Made by a program: the position numbers and the translations under genes. DNA of 62,175 nt, the filler included, from Asterionella formosa (taxonomy: Eukaryota), in the NCBI GenBank assembly GCA_002256025.1. It is 20 parts of 20 records of this genome, joined end to end, with 100 filler letters (N's around TTAATTAATTAA, not from the genome) between each part and the next. Parts side by side here need not be neighbours in the genome. Positions count along the whole stretch, not along the records: positions 9,368 to 12,387 come from NKIB01014566.1; positions 12,488 to 15,507 come from NKIB01014567.1; positions 15,608 to 18,625 come from NKIB01014568.1; positions 18,726 to 21,743 come from NKIB01014569.1; positions 21,844 to 24,860 come from NKIB01014570.1; 15 more parts are not named here. One strand, written 5' to 3'. Numbering within the stretch: the first letter of the stretch is position 1; every line of letters starts with the position of its first letter. Positions 10,134-22,823 of the stretch are shown here, in pieces. A model generated the notes under the pieces. It saw only the letters and a program-made list of their open reading frames with translations. It searched no databases and was not told the DNA's origin.

Positions 10134-12387
10134 CAATTATGTAAATTTTCTCTCTGCAATCTGCGGTTAGATAAGCGTTTTGAATATCGCAAGCAAGAAG
10201 TTGTAAGTCGTTCAATGAAGCAACCAATAAGGTAATGCGCACTGAGTCCCTCAACACAACTGACAAATACGTCAGGGCTGCAGGCGTTTCCGTCCGGCTG
10301 CCGTCAGCAACTAGTCTCGCCTTATGCCGAAAGTTTTCGCCCATTTTGATGTCGAACACGAAATGACACCTTATCTTTTGGTACCCTGGCGGAAGGTCTC
10401 CCTCTCGCTTTTCCCAGTTTTCAAATGCCGGTCGCACGTTTTTCATTTCCTTGCAGATGGCGTCCCACCATAATGTGTTGCCATTGGCTTTATCAATCGC
10501 TAACGCCTCTTCGACGGACCTTGGTATCCGTATACCGTATTTGTGAGTTCGCTGCCAATACTTAGACTTTACCTTTGCTAGGACTCGGTCCCATTTCTTT
10601 ATAAGAGTCGGCACCCACCACGCGAACGCTGCCTCATCATCAATACGATTAGCAATTGAGTACTCCACCACCTGTATGGGGTACGATTGCTTCATATCCT
10701 TAAGTGCGCCCCAAGTGGTACTCCCGTCCCTCCATTGGCACAGGAGTTGCCACCCTTGAGTCGTCTGTCTCCGCCGCTTGACACCGTTAGACATTGTGAT
10801 GAACGCGTCCTCTTTGTCGAGTGCCATTGCATTCCGCCTATGATCGATAATGTCGTCGAGAAGTACGTGTCGTTCGCCCTCCTCGTCTATCTGTGAAAAC
10901 AAATTCTGAGCAATAAGGTTAGAAGACAATGCCTCTGAGTGTCCATCAAAGAACTCGACCTCATACTCTCTGGTGTCAAGCAAAGGATTTTCGTGAGCCT
11001 TGCCAATAGGTCTACCATCGGCGTCGCGCAATCTCTTGGTGACTCTGCCAAACTGAACACCGTCGTTGTCATCTCCAGCGCCCCTCGCTATCGCTATCTC
11101 TTTGTTGAGGTATGTATCCTCGAAAATATCGGGCGTGAAAGTGTCATTGGCATCTGGTATTTGGTGATCGCTCACAACATTGTTTATCTCTTCGCCAAAT
11201 ACTGAGTCGTCCTGCAGATCCGAGTATTCATCCCAATCCTGCAATTGTTGCTCCTCCTCGTCGCCTGCATTTTGGTGGTTGTCGTCACGCATTATTTCCT
11301 TTATCCTCTCATTGTACTCCTTGCATCTGTCGTTGACCTCGCTAGTTGTCAGTTCAAGGTGAGTGATACGCTGCACTGTAGTGCGCGAGATAACGCGACA
11401 AGCAATGGTTAGAATCCAATACGACATTAGGTTACCGACTCGGTGAGACACACCAAGCCAGCGCCCGAACATGTTTTCGCCAACCCCTGCATTATCCTTG
11501 TACCACACCCAATCGTAGAACCCGAAATCCAAGTATTCGTATATGTCGGGTGTCTCGCCTGTGATCTGCTCTATAGGAGTCCGACCTTCCAGCGCAAATG
11601 ATGAGTTAGCAGTGAGAGACATTGTTTCACACACCCACACGATTCCGTAATCCCACAAACGCTTCGGAACCCGACGCTTCATCATTTGTCGAAACCATCG
11701 CTTCTTCACTTCGCAAATGACTGACTCCGCTCGATTCTGTCGATGCTGTTTAGTTTCGCTCACGTGATGTTCAATCCCATACTTCCTTACATTCTTAATG
11801 AATTCCGTTTTCGGTCCAGTCTGTTTGGACGCCCCGTCAGACGTGAGGTACTCAGGTGCTCCGTAATCACGAATGAATTGTCGGAGCGCCAGACCCGCGC
11901 CAGACTTCTTCTCCATCGGGTACGCTTTTACGAAATACGCTTCATTTGCAAAGATTTGAGCACATGTGTTGTTAGTCAGTGATTTACATTTACCGAAAAT
12001 GGTGTCAGTGTAGAACCGTTGGTTCCGTAACTTCCGCTGGCCATACATCCTATCTGTTTGGTACCGCCTGCTCAATGGGAGTATTGCTGACCGAATGCCC
12101 TTCTGAGTGGTGACCTCTAGGGTCTGTTTCGCTTGAGTCAATCCGATATTCACCTTTTGCTGAGTGTCTCATAGTTCACTTGATCATGCCGGTCCGACAA
12201 AACAAAAGTCCTAGTGGCCGGTACGTCCACTTGGGTTGATTTAATGTATCGAACATCTCTTAGAGACTCCGCCATCTCCTTAAAGCAGTAGATGGACGAT
12301 ATTTGGGACAAGAAAGGCTCGACGCCGATCATGTCCTCCGCCTCCACAGATTGTATGAGGGAAAGGTTGACAGTCTGTGGATTCCAT
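9368..12387 (-). mobile_element. Ty1/copia LTR retrotransposon pol (CoDi-like): integrase, chromodomain-like segment, RT N-half, plus inverted RT-end/RNase H piece
   Basis: ORF 9958..12153 has integrase YTDTIF/TSDGA/QNRAE and RT HFVFDIK..KARLVA, DIQNAYL, KKALYGLKSSG. The plus strand at 9495-10020 encodes YQELIGVLR..GRIDI and FVDADHAG..TRRSQTG..IIWYSKRQNTVETS. Confidence 0.95.
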
Positions 12388-12487
12388 NNNNNNNNNNNNN
12401 NNNNNNNNNNNNNNNNNNNNNNNNNNNNNNNTTAATTAATTAANNNNNNNNNNNNNNNNNNNNNNNNNNNNNNNNNNNNNNNNNNNN

Positions 12488-13060
12488 AAACTTCCCCAGG
12501 TAAGCACACCATTGTTTCCAGTTTCATATGCCAAAGTGCCCATCATTGTAAACTGACTATCATAATGCTCACTCACACCTTCATTGTTGTCATCTTCTTC
12601 CTCCTCGACAATTTCATATGATTTATGAATGAGATTGCTGGGAAATAACAAGGCAAAGCTGCCATCAGCATTCAAGAGTAAGCTGCCATCAGCATTCAAG
12701 AGTTGAGTTTAAGTAGGGCCAGTCAGGTGTCAATGTAGACACCATGGTTGCAGTTGATGGCTGAAAGAGGGACGAACCCAAAGTAGTATACATACTAGTA
12801 GTACTAGACTTAACTTCTAGTTTAGCACTTCGTTTTAGTTCATTCTTCACTTTGTTAACAGATATCCAAGGGAAAATGCATTCCTTAGCTGATACTGTCC
12901 AAGAAATAGCACCATAAGGCATTTTTCCACCATTGTTAGCCTTCTTAGCTTCTAGCTCCCTAATCACATTGTTAAGACAAATCTGAACACTGACCAACTC
13001 TTCAGGAGATAATTTCTTTCGAGGCAAGGCATTGCCTTGTCGAGGCGCTTTCGAGGTCAT
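12488..13060 (-). pseudogene. Probable N-terminus of a DNA-transposon protein, frameshifted at a 24-bp tandem duplication
   Basis: ATG at 13060 with a NGGKMPYG...FPWIS motif, then low-complexity sequence. agctgccatcagcattcaagag is duplicated at about 12657 and 12681. No catalytic motif is visible. Confidence 0.3.
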
Positions 13061-13583
13061 GATGTTGGTATTTTGATGGGTGATGGGTGACTGTTGTGTG
13101 TTTGCATTTAATTTTTGTACTCATAATTCGGGCGCGCCAGGAATTCCTATTTGACGTCTTCCATTAGTGAATCTATCTCTTTATTATGGCGCACGAGCGA
13201 AAGCGCAATAACGTCGTAGTAATATTAAATAAATTTTAGAGGATACTAAATTAGTTTTCTAGCGGAGGAATATTCTTATAGCTGAATACGTATATAAAAG
13301 GTGATGCTTGCTCAATCGAGTAAACGTGAAAATATCCAATTTTCGCAATTTCACGTCGACAGCAACCTTTGGGCGATAATACCTATGTAATTAACAATGT
13401 ACACAATGCAACAATACAAGTACGGAAGTATTTACTCGCTATATAAATCTGAACAACTCGTTCGTGACAATAAATAGCGTATCTTGTAAAATAAGTTCAA
13501 ACCGTGCGTTTACTCCGTTTAGCGGTGGCTTACAGTTCAAAAGTGGCCGTAGCGGTGGCTTACAGTTTTTAAGTGGTACCAGG

Positions 13584-13750
13584 TGTTGAGGGGAACCTTA
13601 TCGTGAATAAAGGTGAACTACAATATTATGACTATTCTATTGCCGTTTCGAGTACATTGTTGTTAGTGCTCACGCATGTACCTAATCTGGTGGCTGCGCA
13701 TGTATGGTTTGTATGGCGCATGTATGAAGTACCCTACTCAGATATTAACA
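13584..13750 (-). mobile_element. 3' LTR (167 bp) of a copia element
   Basis: TGTT...AACA termini. On the minus strand it is immediately preceded by a purine-rich tract (GGTGAGGGTG) downstream of the RNase H. Confidence 0.75.
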
Positions 13751-14300
13751 CACCCTCACCAGCAGATTCAGGCAGAAGAGCAGGAGGAGAAAGGGGACAA
13801 CAAAGAGCAGAAACAGGGGTGGAGGTGGTAGCAGCATCAGAAGCCAAGCAAGGGCAATGGAGATAGTGCAGGCAAATCAACGTATGATGGGAAGCGTGAT
13901 GATGTTTAGTGAAATAATCAGGACATTTCAAACTACCTTTTTTCCAGTAAACAAGAAATTGGCCTTGGCGATCCTGATCGCGTACCCTGTAATAATACAT
14001 ATCCATAGCTTTGAAGCGTTTTTGTCGGACTGTATCATTGGCAATGCCGCTGGCAGTGCTATTATCGGTGACAATATGGGTAGAAGGTTGGGGATGACCA
14101 AGCTCAGCAAGAATGTTGCAAATAGCATATGCCTCTTTGCCATTGTGGAACAAAGCGGCTAGTACAGCCTTGGCAGCACTGGATAAAACCTCCTTCAGAA
14201 TTTGACAGTGTATGTAAATATCACCATTAAGAGGAGGGATGGACGTAGTGAGGCAAGGAAGAGAGGGGTTTACAGCTGAGAAAGTGAATGCCGGAAGCAC
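13751..14300 (-). mobile_element. Degenerate Ty1/copia RNase H
   Basis: LSSAAKA.LAALFHNGKEA...LAELGHPQP.T.IVTDNSTASGIANDTVRQKRFKAMDM...DYFTKHH. Confidence 0.9.
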
Positions 14301-14302
14301 GG

Positions 14303-14600
14303 CGTATGCTAAGTGGCACAGGATTTTCATTTCTATGATAATTTTTGGATCAAAACTATGATCAAGGTATCCTGTAACTATGATGATTTATTTATATTTT
14401 ACCAAACTTGAAGCATGATGATACTATCTTAGTTGTGATACCATTGCATCATATAATTAGTTAAACATGGGCCTATGATGTGTATGCTTTTGTCATACAT
14501 CAATCTTAACATGATCATAATTCTCATCGATATCACTTTCTATAATAGGATGAATTGGATCGAAATTTAGAACTACATTTAAGAATGTTTCTATGATTCT
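14303..14600 (+). repeat. Dispersed AT-rich repeat (probable DNA-transposon end); second copy at 18137-18530
   Basis: cgta(t/c)gctaagtggcacaggattttc...atttttggatcaaaa.tatgatcaaggtatc is shared. In both contigs it abuts a truncated retroelement. Confidence 0.8.
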
Positions 14601-15189
14601 ATATCTTGAGAGGCTAAAGAATGTTATGCAATGCTCTCATTGCAATGATTGTTGGTGCCGCTTTCACTTCCACCTTCTCCCCAATCCAATTCTGAAGGTT
14701 GTTGTACTGGTTGCCTTGCCCTTGTTCCCCTGCTTTCGTTTACTCCTGATGGATCTGAGTTTGCATTCACGCATTTTCCCATTACTATTTAATCTGTTTC
14801 GTTGATCCAATCAGCCATACTTAAAAAAAAAGAAATTCATTGTTAGCTGTTTTCTAGTTTTTTTGTCGACTCAAACAACTCGTAGTAAGCAATAAATTTC
14901 TTTTCTATTATTAATAAATTTTACTTTCATTTTTAAGATTCTCTGATTTTATAATACAAGCAGATTTCAATTGACAAGACATTTTACATAAGCAAAGTGT
15001 TCCTTTCTTTCGATAATAGTTATGTATGTAGAATTATCTTTCAAGTAACGGTATGATAGATCAATATACCAAATCCAACAGTATTCTTTTACATATGTAT
15101 TCTTCAAAACAACACCGCTGTCAAGGAGTCTATCTTATGTTCGCGAAGGATGTCACTGTGGTGACTTGTGATTATCGTAGCCATCTACC

Positions 15190-15390
15190 TATGACCCCGA
15201 CGATCTGTACATACGCATGTGGGATTCCACATACCCGGTATGCCAATCTGGGCAAATGCAAATGCAAATGCAAGTGAAAGATAATGCTGATCATAAGAAA
15301 TTGGCGGTGCGTGTCAGATTACCGGTATGGTGGTGCGTCGTGCATTCGTACATGTGCATACGAGCTACAGGGATCGGGTGTCGGGTGGAG
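15190..15390. repeat. Imperfect hairpin, probable decayed MITE
   Basis: cccgac..gatc.tgta..catgt..catacc..aatctg is mirrored by cagatt..ggtatg..acatg..taca..gatc..gtcggg. Confidence 0.5.
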
Positions 15391-15607
15391 TACACTACCA
15401 GGTACCGGTAGCTAAGAATGTTGAGCGATCCCGCAAAACGATATAAATGTATATAGGGTTAAGGATAAATCAAGTTTATGAGAACTTGAACATGTGAGAA
15501 CTCAAACNNNNNNNNNNNNNNNNNNNNNNNNNNNNNNNNNNNNNNNNNNNNTTAATTAATTAANNNNNNNNNNNNNNNNNNNNNNNNNNNNNNNNNNNNN
15601 NNNNNNN

Positions 15608-15754
<147 letters not shown>

Positions 15755-16069
15755 TAAAACCAGAGATGGGGGAAATCAGAGAGGAAAAACCACGGAAATG
15801 CGGGAAACCTGAGATGTGGGAAACCAATAAAAATATTCGTTGACTCACCATCCAAGATATAAAAAGAAAACCACCAGAACCTAAGAACATATCCAGTCAC
15901 CAAGGGACACATCTTTCGAATTTATTGACAAAAAATTTGGGGTGTTGATTATAAAAATGGGAGGGGTAAAATCTGGTTGAGGTCTATTGGCCACATTAAC
16001 AGTAGGCAGGCATCCTTTTCTTGTTCTTTCATTTCCGGTGTTGCTGTACCTTTTGGTTGTTAGCCATTA

Positions 16070-17930
16070 CGTGATGACAAAAGCCTGGACAGTAAAACTA
16101 ATGGGTTTACCTGGTTGGTGGTGATGCTGACCATTTGCTATCAATTGGCGTTGTAAGTAGGTGAGTACTGACTGAAGTGGTGTATAATTACCAATATTTT
16201 TTGGTCGATTATAAGCGATTATCAGCCATTGGATTTTACAGTGATGTCCAGAGAAATTCCGCAGTGAGGTAAGACGTGGTTCTTTCTTCGGGGAAAATAT
16301 AGTGTCTCGGAATATACGTTGTATGTGAGATGAGGGAGGAATGTTCGGAAGGAATGGCATGTGGAGGAATACACATTGTTCTGTAGTTTTATTCGTACTC
16401 TTGGTGGCCATTGTGTTGGTGTCCGATTTATTAAAATATAATTGTTTGATGTATTTATTAAAGATGGGTATAAGGATTTGAGCCGAATAGTCTTGGACAT
16501 GGAGGCGGTTGTAGAAGGATTAGATTGCTTGCAGTTTTAATATATGTCTCAACCATACTAGTGATGTGGTATATTTGTTGAATCATGCCTATAATAATAC
16601 CACGAAGGACGCATGGAGGGTGTGCGCTGTGTGGTGGTATATAAAGATAAGGGCTCATTGATTTTTCGAATAATGTTGTATCAATAGAACGGGTGTGTTG
16701 ATTGATAGAAATGGTGAGATCCAGGAAAGTTGTTGATAATTTCCGTGGTTCTGATTTCCATTTGAGTGTGTCAAAACTAATCATCAAGCTGATAAACAAG
16801 TTGTATGATTTTTGATCCTCGATTTGGTTAGTTGATGTAGGGACCCAGATTATAAACAATCATCAATATATCTTCTGTAGAAAGTTATTTGTTGAAAAGT
16901 TGGGATGGTTTGTATTTTGTGGATTGCAAAATAGAGGGTGGCATATGTTTGTGCTGGAGGTGTCCCCATAGCTGTTCCAGATGTTTGGATCCAGTATGTA
17001 TTTCTGAACTTGAAAATGTTATGTCACATGATAATTTCGAGTGCACTTATGAGGGCATCAATGTTAATATTTTCGTTTAGACAGATGTCTGGTCTGTCAA
17101 TTCGTAAGAATTTGTTAATGACGGAAAGTGCATGGGTTGTGTATATGTTAGTGTACATAGAGATTGCGTCCATAGTAAATAAGGTCACAATTAGTGAAAC
17201 GTTGTTTAAGGAGCAGCTATCATGGACAAGCTTGAGAGGGTAAATGGGAGATGTTGAGTGATTTTTTGAAGACTGACATCAGTCCATTTACCTAGACCGT
17301 GGCAGATGCTTTCACTAACACTGATGATGGGCCGGGTGGGCCGGGTTGTTAGCGGTGTTTTATGTATTTTCGGCAGTAGGTAGAATTACGCAAATGGGTC
17401 TTTGATTTGTAGGGAGCGGTTCAGGAACGTTGATGTTGTTCCCTTAGGTTTGAAGTGTTTCAGAGTAAAGTTTGTAATCAATTTGGTGATTGCCTTTATC
17501 CTTCCTTCAGCTTGTTTTTCAGAAAGTTGTCGATAAGTATTTTTATTTAGGAGGTGGTCATTGAGGGTCATGTTGATGTATCGAGATCGTTCAATAATGG
17601 TTGGACCAAGGTTTTATCGCAACGAAAAACAATGAGTTTTTCATTGTTTGTTAGCGACTCAAGTGCTCTTTGTTGTGAAGGTAAGAGGTTGGGTCGACGG
17701 TGTTTGTATTGAAAGATTCTTGGGAGTGTGTGTTTGAATGTGTTGATTCTTTACACGAAATTCGGCTGGAATTTCATTATGAAGAGGTGACCAGTTGGAG
17801 CGAATAAAAAGTTTTGTTGGAGGTAATGGTTCAGAACCTACAAAGACGAACTTTGTTGAAATGTCCCGGTTGAATCTTGCGAGATCGACATCTTGATTTT
17901 TTGGTGAATGTCTCAGCGTTATGCCCTCCT
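16070..17930 (-). mobile_element. Penelope-like retroelement RT, degenerate, no GIY-YIG endonuclease visible
   Basis: Collinear PLE motifs across frameshifts: [86 protein letters not shown]. Confidence 0.9.
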
Positions 17931-18097
17931 TCCATCCTTCCAAGATAAAATTGTTCTTCCCGTCCTACAAATATTTGCCCACCGTTACCGAAAAGCACCA
18001 TCTCCCCCTCCAAACGACAGGTCCGGGCTTGCACAGTGGAAGATGCCGTGCATCAGATTCCGCAGACGAACTCCAGCTTGGAGTCCCCAGACCGGTC
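17920..18097 (+). mobile_element. Fragment of tyrosine-recombinase retroelement (N-terminal part of YR ORF)
   Basis: LPVLQIFAHRYRK then, after a frameshift, VRACTVEDAVHQIPQT.SSLESPDR. This parallels LIGAFAHAI...ASATVRDTIASLSATF....RPDP in the YR at 46743. Confidence 0.55.
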
Positions 18098-18136
18098 TGT
18101 AAATAAAAAATATCATGAAAATATGATCAAGGGTAT

Positions 18137-18530
18137 CGTACGCTAAGTGGCACAGGATTTTCGTATATATGACAATTTTTGGATCAAAAATATGATCAAG
18201 GTATCTTGTTTCTATGATGATTTATTAATATGTTACCGACCTTGAAGTATAATGATAATAAGAACATTATCATCACACAATGTATATAAACTGATCAACA
18301 ACATTTCCCATCAATATCATAAACCTTCTCATATTATTTTAACTTCTCGTGATCGCCCGATGTAAATTATAACTACAACATATCCTAAAACCAGCTCAAC
18401 TCTATGCTATCATGTGAATTGTTTCATCGTAAATCTATCGTAAACATGATCATAATTCTAATCACAAGCATTGTTCAAAATAGATTAAAATTGATCGTAA
18501 TTTAACTATCAAGTTAAGCAATGCTATCTA
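18137..18530 (+). repeat. Second copy of dispersed repeat at 14303-14600
   Basis: Direct sequence similarity over about 300 bp. Confidence 0.8.
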
Positions 18531-18725
18531 TTAATCTACATGCCAGCGACCCAACGTTTCTCTCTCTACTCGGCTCAATGAATATTCCTTTCTTGCTCTT
18601 TCTTCCTCTGATCTGAATCGTGTGCNNNNNNNNNNNNNNNNNNNNNNNNNNNNNNNNNNNNNNNNNNNNTTAATTAATTAANNNNNNNNNNNNNNNNNNN
18701 NNNNNNNNNNNNNNNNNNNNNNNNN

Positions 18726-21700
18726 TCATACCGGTCAACTTCTCGTATTCGCGTAGAAGTTGCATACGAAATTTCTGCATTTGCACCTCCCAGTATTCAC
18801 CATACTTGTCCTCTTTCCAAGCATATTCCACTCCTAGGTGTTTCTGTAGAATACCCTGCTCGGTAATATTGAAATCTTCCTTGATAACATTTTTCATATA
18901 CCGGTACTCCACTGCACTTGGAGTCCCACATACAATACCGTCATCCACGTAATTAACAAGTAGACCATCAATTTGTCCATCCTTGTTCCGGTGCATAAAT
19001 AACATAGGGTCGATCTTGCTCTTCGTCATACCTGGTTTATTGGTGACACATTTCGCAAACGTCCTGGACCAGCATCGTGGAGCTTGTACTATCCCGTACA
19101 TAGCCTTCACAAGCTTGCAAACATGTGTATCGGAATCGACTCCGATCAAACCTTGAGGGGGCTCAATATAAATGTCCTCATCGACGTCAGCATTTAGAAA
19201 TGCTGCTTCCACATCAATAGCCTCCGCTCGCCAACCGTTGTACATCGTCACTGCGAGTACCGTTTTGATTGTCGCATCGCTTGCAACTGGAGCAAATGTC
19301 TCAGTAAAATCGACACCTGGGATTTGCTCATATCCCTTCACGACCAATCTTGCCTTGTAAATGGTCTTCCCGGTTAACACATCTTCTTTAATTCGAAACA
19401 CCCATCTCGTTTTTAGTGTTCGCTTCTTAACAGTATCACGTTTGATAACTTTCCACACTCCTCTCGACTGGAAGTTTTCATATTCTTTGTTGATCGCCTT
19501 GATCCACTCTTTCTTGTCTGGTCTTGCCATTGCTTCATCGTAGCTTGTTGGTAATCCTGGATCAGAAGCCAGACTTGCGTTGTACACAAAATTCACCTGT
19601 GTATTCTTCGTAATTTCCTTCATGTTATCCTCCTCGATAACACCAGGCATCTCAGTATCTCCTGAAATTTTCACAATTTTCGTACTCGTAGGATTGAACG
19701 ATGAGTCCAATCTTCGCATTTCACGTGCCAACTTCGCTTGCCTAGACTGAGCACTTTCCGCACGTTTAGCCTTCACAATTGGGGTATTGGTACCTGTAAC
19801 CTCGTATTTCGTAGTACCATCTATCTTAGTTGATTGTTCAGTTTTCCTCCCCAATTCTTGCTTGTCATCATCTTCATCTTCATTATCGGACACTTCTCGA
19901 GGTTCGAACTCATCATAAAAATCGTCATGCAATTCTTCATTATCTTCTCGTACTGATATCTGCGTATCCAGTTGGTTGGTGACTGGTTTGAACATTTTCT
20001 CTAGTCCATCGTCCACAGCCATCACCGAATACTGATTTCTCACAGCGGATTTTGCGTAGGGTCCGCTAATATCAATAAACAGTCTTTCTCCTGGTGTCGT
20101 AGCCTTCTCTTGCGTCATCTTGTTGGGTACTGCGCGTGCTTTCGCCTTGGCTGCTGCGCATCCTGCGCACACCTTTAAATTTCCCACAAGTTTCCACCCA
20201 AATAATTTCGATGTCTCACGAAGACATTTTTCCCCCACATGTCCAAGCATTTCATGCGCTTCATTTATTTCCACAATCACATCATTATTTTCGTTCGCGT
20301 TTCTTTTCTCGATCGTTTCACCTATCGCTTTCGTCGTTTTCTTCTCTTCGTCAACTTTCGTCCATTCATTCTCATCTTCTTTATCATAGTCGATAGATTG
20401 TTGTGTTGGCTTCTCGCTTTCTTGTTCAACCTCCAACACCGTTTCCTTTAGAATAGGCGTTCCTTGCACATGGTACATTGCACCAATTGTCCTCGTTTCA
20501 TCACGTTTGCAGATCAAAAATCCGTTGTTGTTTCTGATCGTCATCTTATCATCATCAAACATAACTTTATTTCCCTTGTCAATAATTCTCGAAATGCTGA
20601 TGATGTTCTGCTTGAACTCCGGTGCATAGAGCACATTGGTGAGTTTCAACACTTTTCCTTTGTCTGTCGTCATAAGGGTCACCGTGCCTGATATGGTCGC
20701 AACAATTGCTGCGCCGTTTCCCACAAGAACAGTTTCATGCACTGCGCGCTTGTCCTCCATGATGCGCTCATCATTGCATATATGTACCGTAGCGCCACTA
20801 TCTAGTAGCCAACGGTCCTTATGCACAGATGTATGATTTACCTCTTCGCTGTACCTTGCCTCAATACACGTCACCACGAACATTCCTTGCGTAGTGGTGT
20901 TGGCGTCTTCTCCCTTCTCTTTGATTGGTACATTTTGTTGATTGTTGCACTCACTGGCATAGTGCCCCATCTTCTGGCAATTATAACACTTCACATTCTT
21001 TCTCTTATTTCGTTGCTCGGGAGTTAATTCTCTCTTTTCTGTAGTATTGCCCTTGCTTCGGCAATCAACTGCCTTGTGGCCATACTTGCCACACTTCCTG
21101 CAGTCTCCCTTAAACTTGCTTTTTGAAAAGAAGGCCTGCTCGCCATTCTTATTCGTCTTGGTTTCGTCACGCACATAAAAATCGTAATAGTCGCGTACAT
21201 TCTTCTTGACCTCTTGGATCGTGAGCTCGGAGCTCGCGAGACCAAATTTTCCAACCACCAAACTCTTGTAGACTTCCGGTAGGTTGTTGATAACATGGGC
21301 CACATAGGCACCATCCGATATTGCGGAGCTCGTATGACTCAATCGTTCTCGAATTCTATCCAACTCCACAAACCAAATGTCGGGGTTCTCATTCTCGTTA
21401 ATCGTGCATTTTGTCCACTGACCTGACAAGGCAATCACATTTGCCATATTACTTGACTCGTACGTAGACACTAACTTGTCCCACGCTTCCTTCGCATTTC
21501 CATTGGGGAACTCTTCACTTCTGGCACCATTTACGTATCCAAATGGTCCACTCTGACATGCCATAATCAAACTTGCATAGGCAACCGTATTATTTCGTTT
21601 CGCACGTTTCTCATCATTGTCGCTCGGAACAATCTTCATACCAGCTGAATCTCTCTCACCTGGTGATACTTCATCTCCACTTAGGATTCCTTCAAAACCT

Positions 21701-21743
21701 TTGTAGCAGGCATAGGCCACAAACTTCGCTTTCCAAACATGCC
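18726..21743 (-). mobile_element. Ty1/copia gag-pol (gag, 2 CCHC knuckles, protease, pre-integrase, RT) with integrase core deleted
   Basis: Continuous ~1000-aa ORF: CRKCGKYGHKAVDC, CYNCQKMGHYASEC, WLLDSGAT, HEMLGH..CAGC, RLFIDISGP, then RT WVFRIK..YKARLVVKGYEQIPGVDF, DVEAAFL, YVDD. Confidence 0.95.
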
Positions 21744-22670
21744 NNNNNNNNNNNNNNNNNNNNNNNNNNNNNNNNNNNNNNNNNNNNTTAATTAATTAAN
21801 NNNNNNNNNNNNNNNNNNNNNNNNNNNNNNNNNNNNNNNNNNNAATTCCCTGGAATTAAGAATTTAATTAGCTATTTTTGAATGACGTGATTCCATTTGA
21901 AATATTTGAATCAGTGGAAATTTGCGAATACGTACATAGATTCCTTGTCAAAATCGCTAAATATATATATATTGACACTCTTAGTCGCTGAATGTATATA
22001 TACGCTAAAAATACGATCAACATGTATTCATGGACACTCTATACTCCGATTAACGATTTTATATGCTATGCATTGAATCCGTTCGACATATTCAAATCGT
22101 TTAACATATAAATTTATATATATTTAGGTTCTACATCGCTTCATGTGCATACACCAGTACTACAATGTATACTCATATCGACGAATATGGGTCATGTATA
22201 CGACCCGGCGGCTCGGCAAATATTTGAAAGTGCACCCAAGGAGCGGTACGCGTACCGGTATGTCCAATGATGATCATCTACTGGTACCCGTCGTGAATAT
22301 AGCACCGGACTGTCAGTACACCCAAGAAAATGTTACATGTTAATCCAATGTGGCCAGCGTGGGTTTGCACGACCTCGCAAACCAGGCCAATCAAACAGAG
22401 GAATGTACTTCATGCTCACCAATCATATTATATATGTGGAAGCGGGTACTTACAATGGAATTTTTCGGACAGGAGATTTTAGGACTAAAAATTCCGGCAC
22501 ACGACTGCCATTCCAATGATGACGTTTCCGCACTTAATAATTCTGATTCCGATATTTTGGCGACCGTAGAAAAGGCCGATTTTGTCGAGTTTTTGGACGA
22601 CGATAGCTAAACGTTGGCTGGGTCTGACGGCGATTTAGATACATACCGGTAGGTAACTTTCAAATAGCAC

Positions 22671-22823
22671 CAGTATATAACTTCTGGCGAGAAACTGCAG
22701 AAAGGAACTTCGGTTTTTTTACTATGCCAAATAAACAGATTTCCCCCGAAATTTCGAGTCTTTTTAGCATAGCCAAAAAACCGAAGTTCCTTTCTGCAGT
22801 TTCTGACCAGATCCTATATACTG
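22671..22823. mobile_element. 153-bp palindromic MITE with CAGTA... termini (Tc1/pogo-type ends)
   Basis: cagtatata..tctgg.gagaaactgcagaaaggaacttcggtttttt is mirrored by aaaaaaccgaagttcctttctgcagtttct..ccaga..tatatactg. Confidence 0.8.

Noticed and set aside
17990..18100. Possible hammerhead at the PLE 5' end
   Set aside because: CTGATGC does not match CUGANGA; the region translates as a YR fragment on the other strand.
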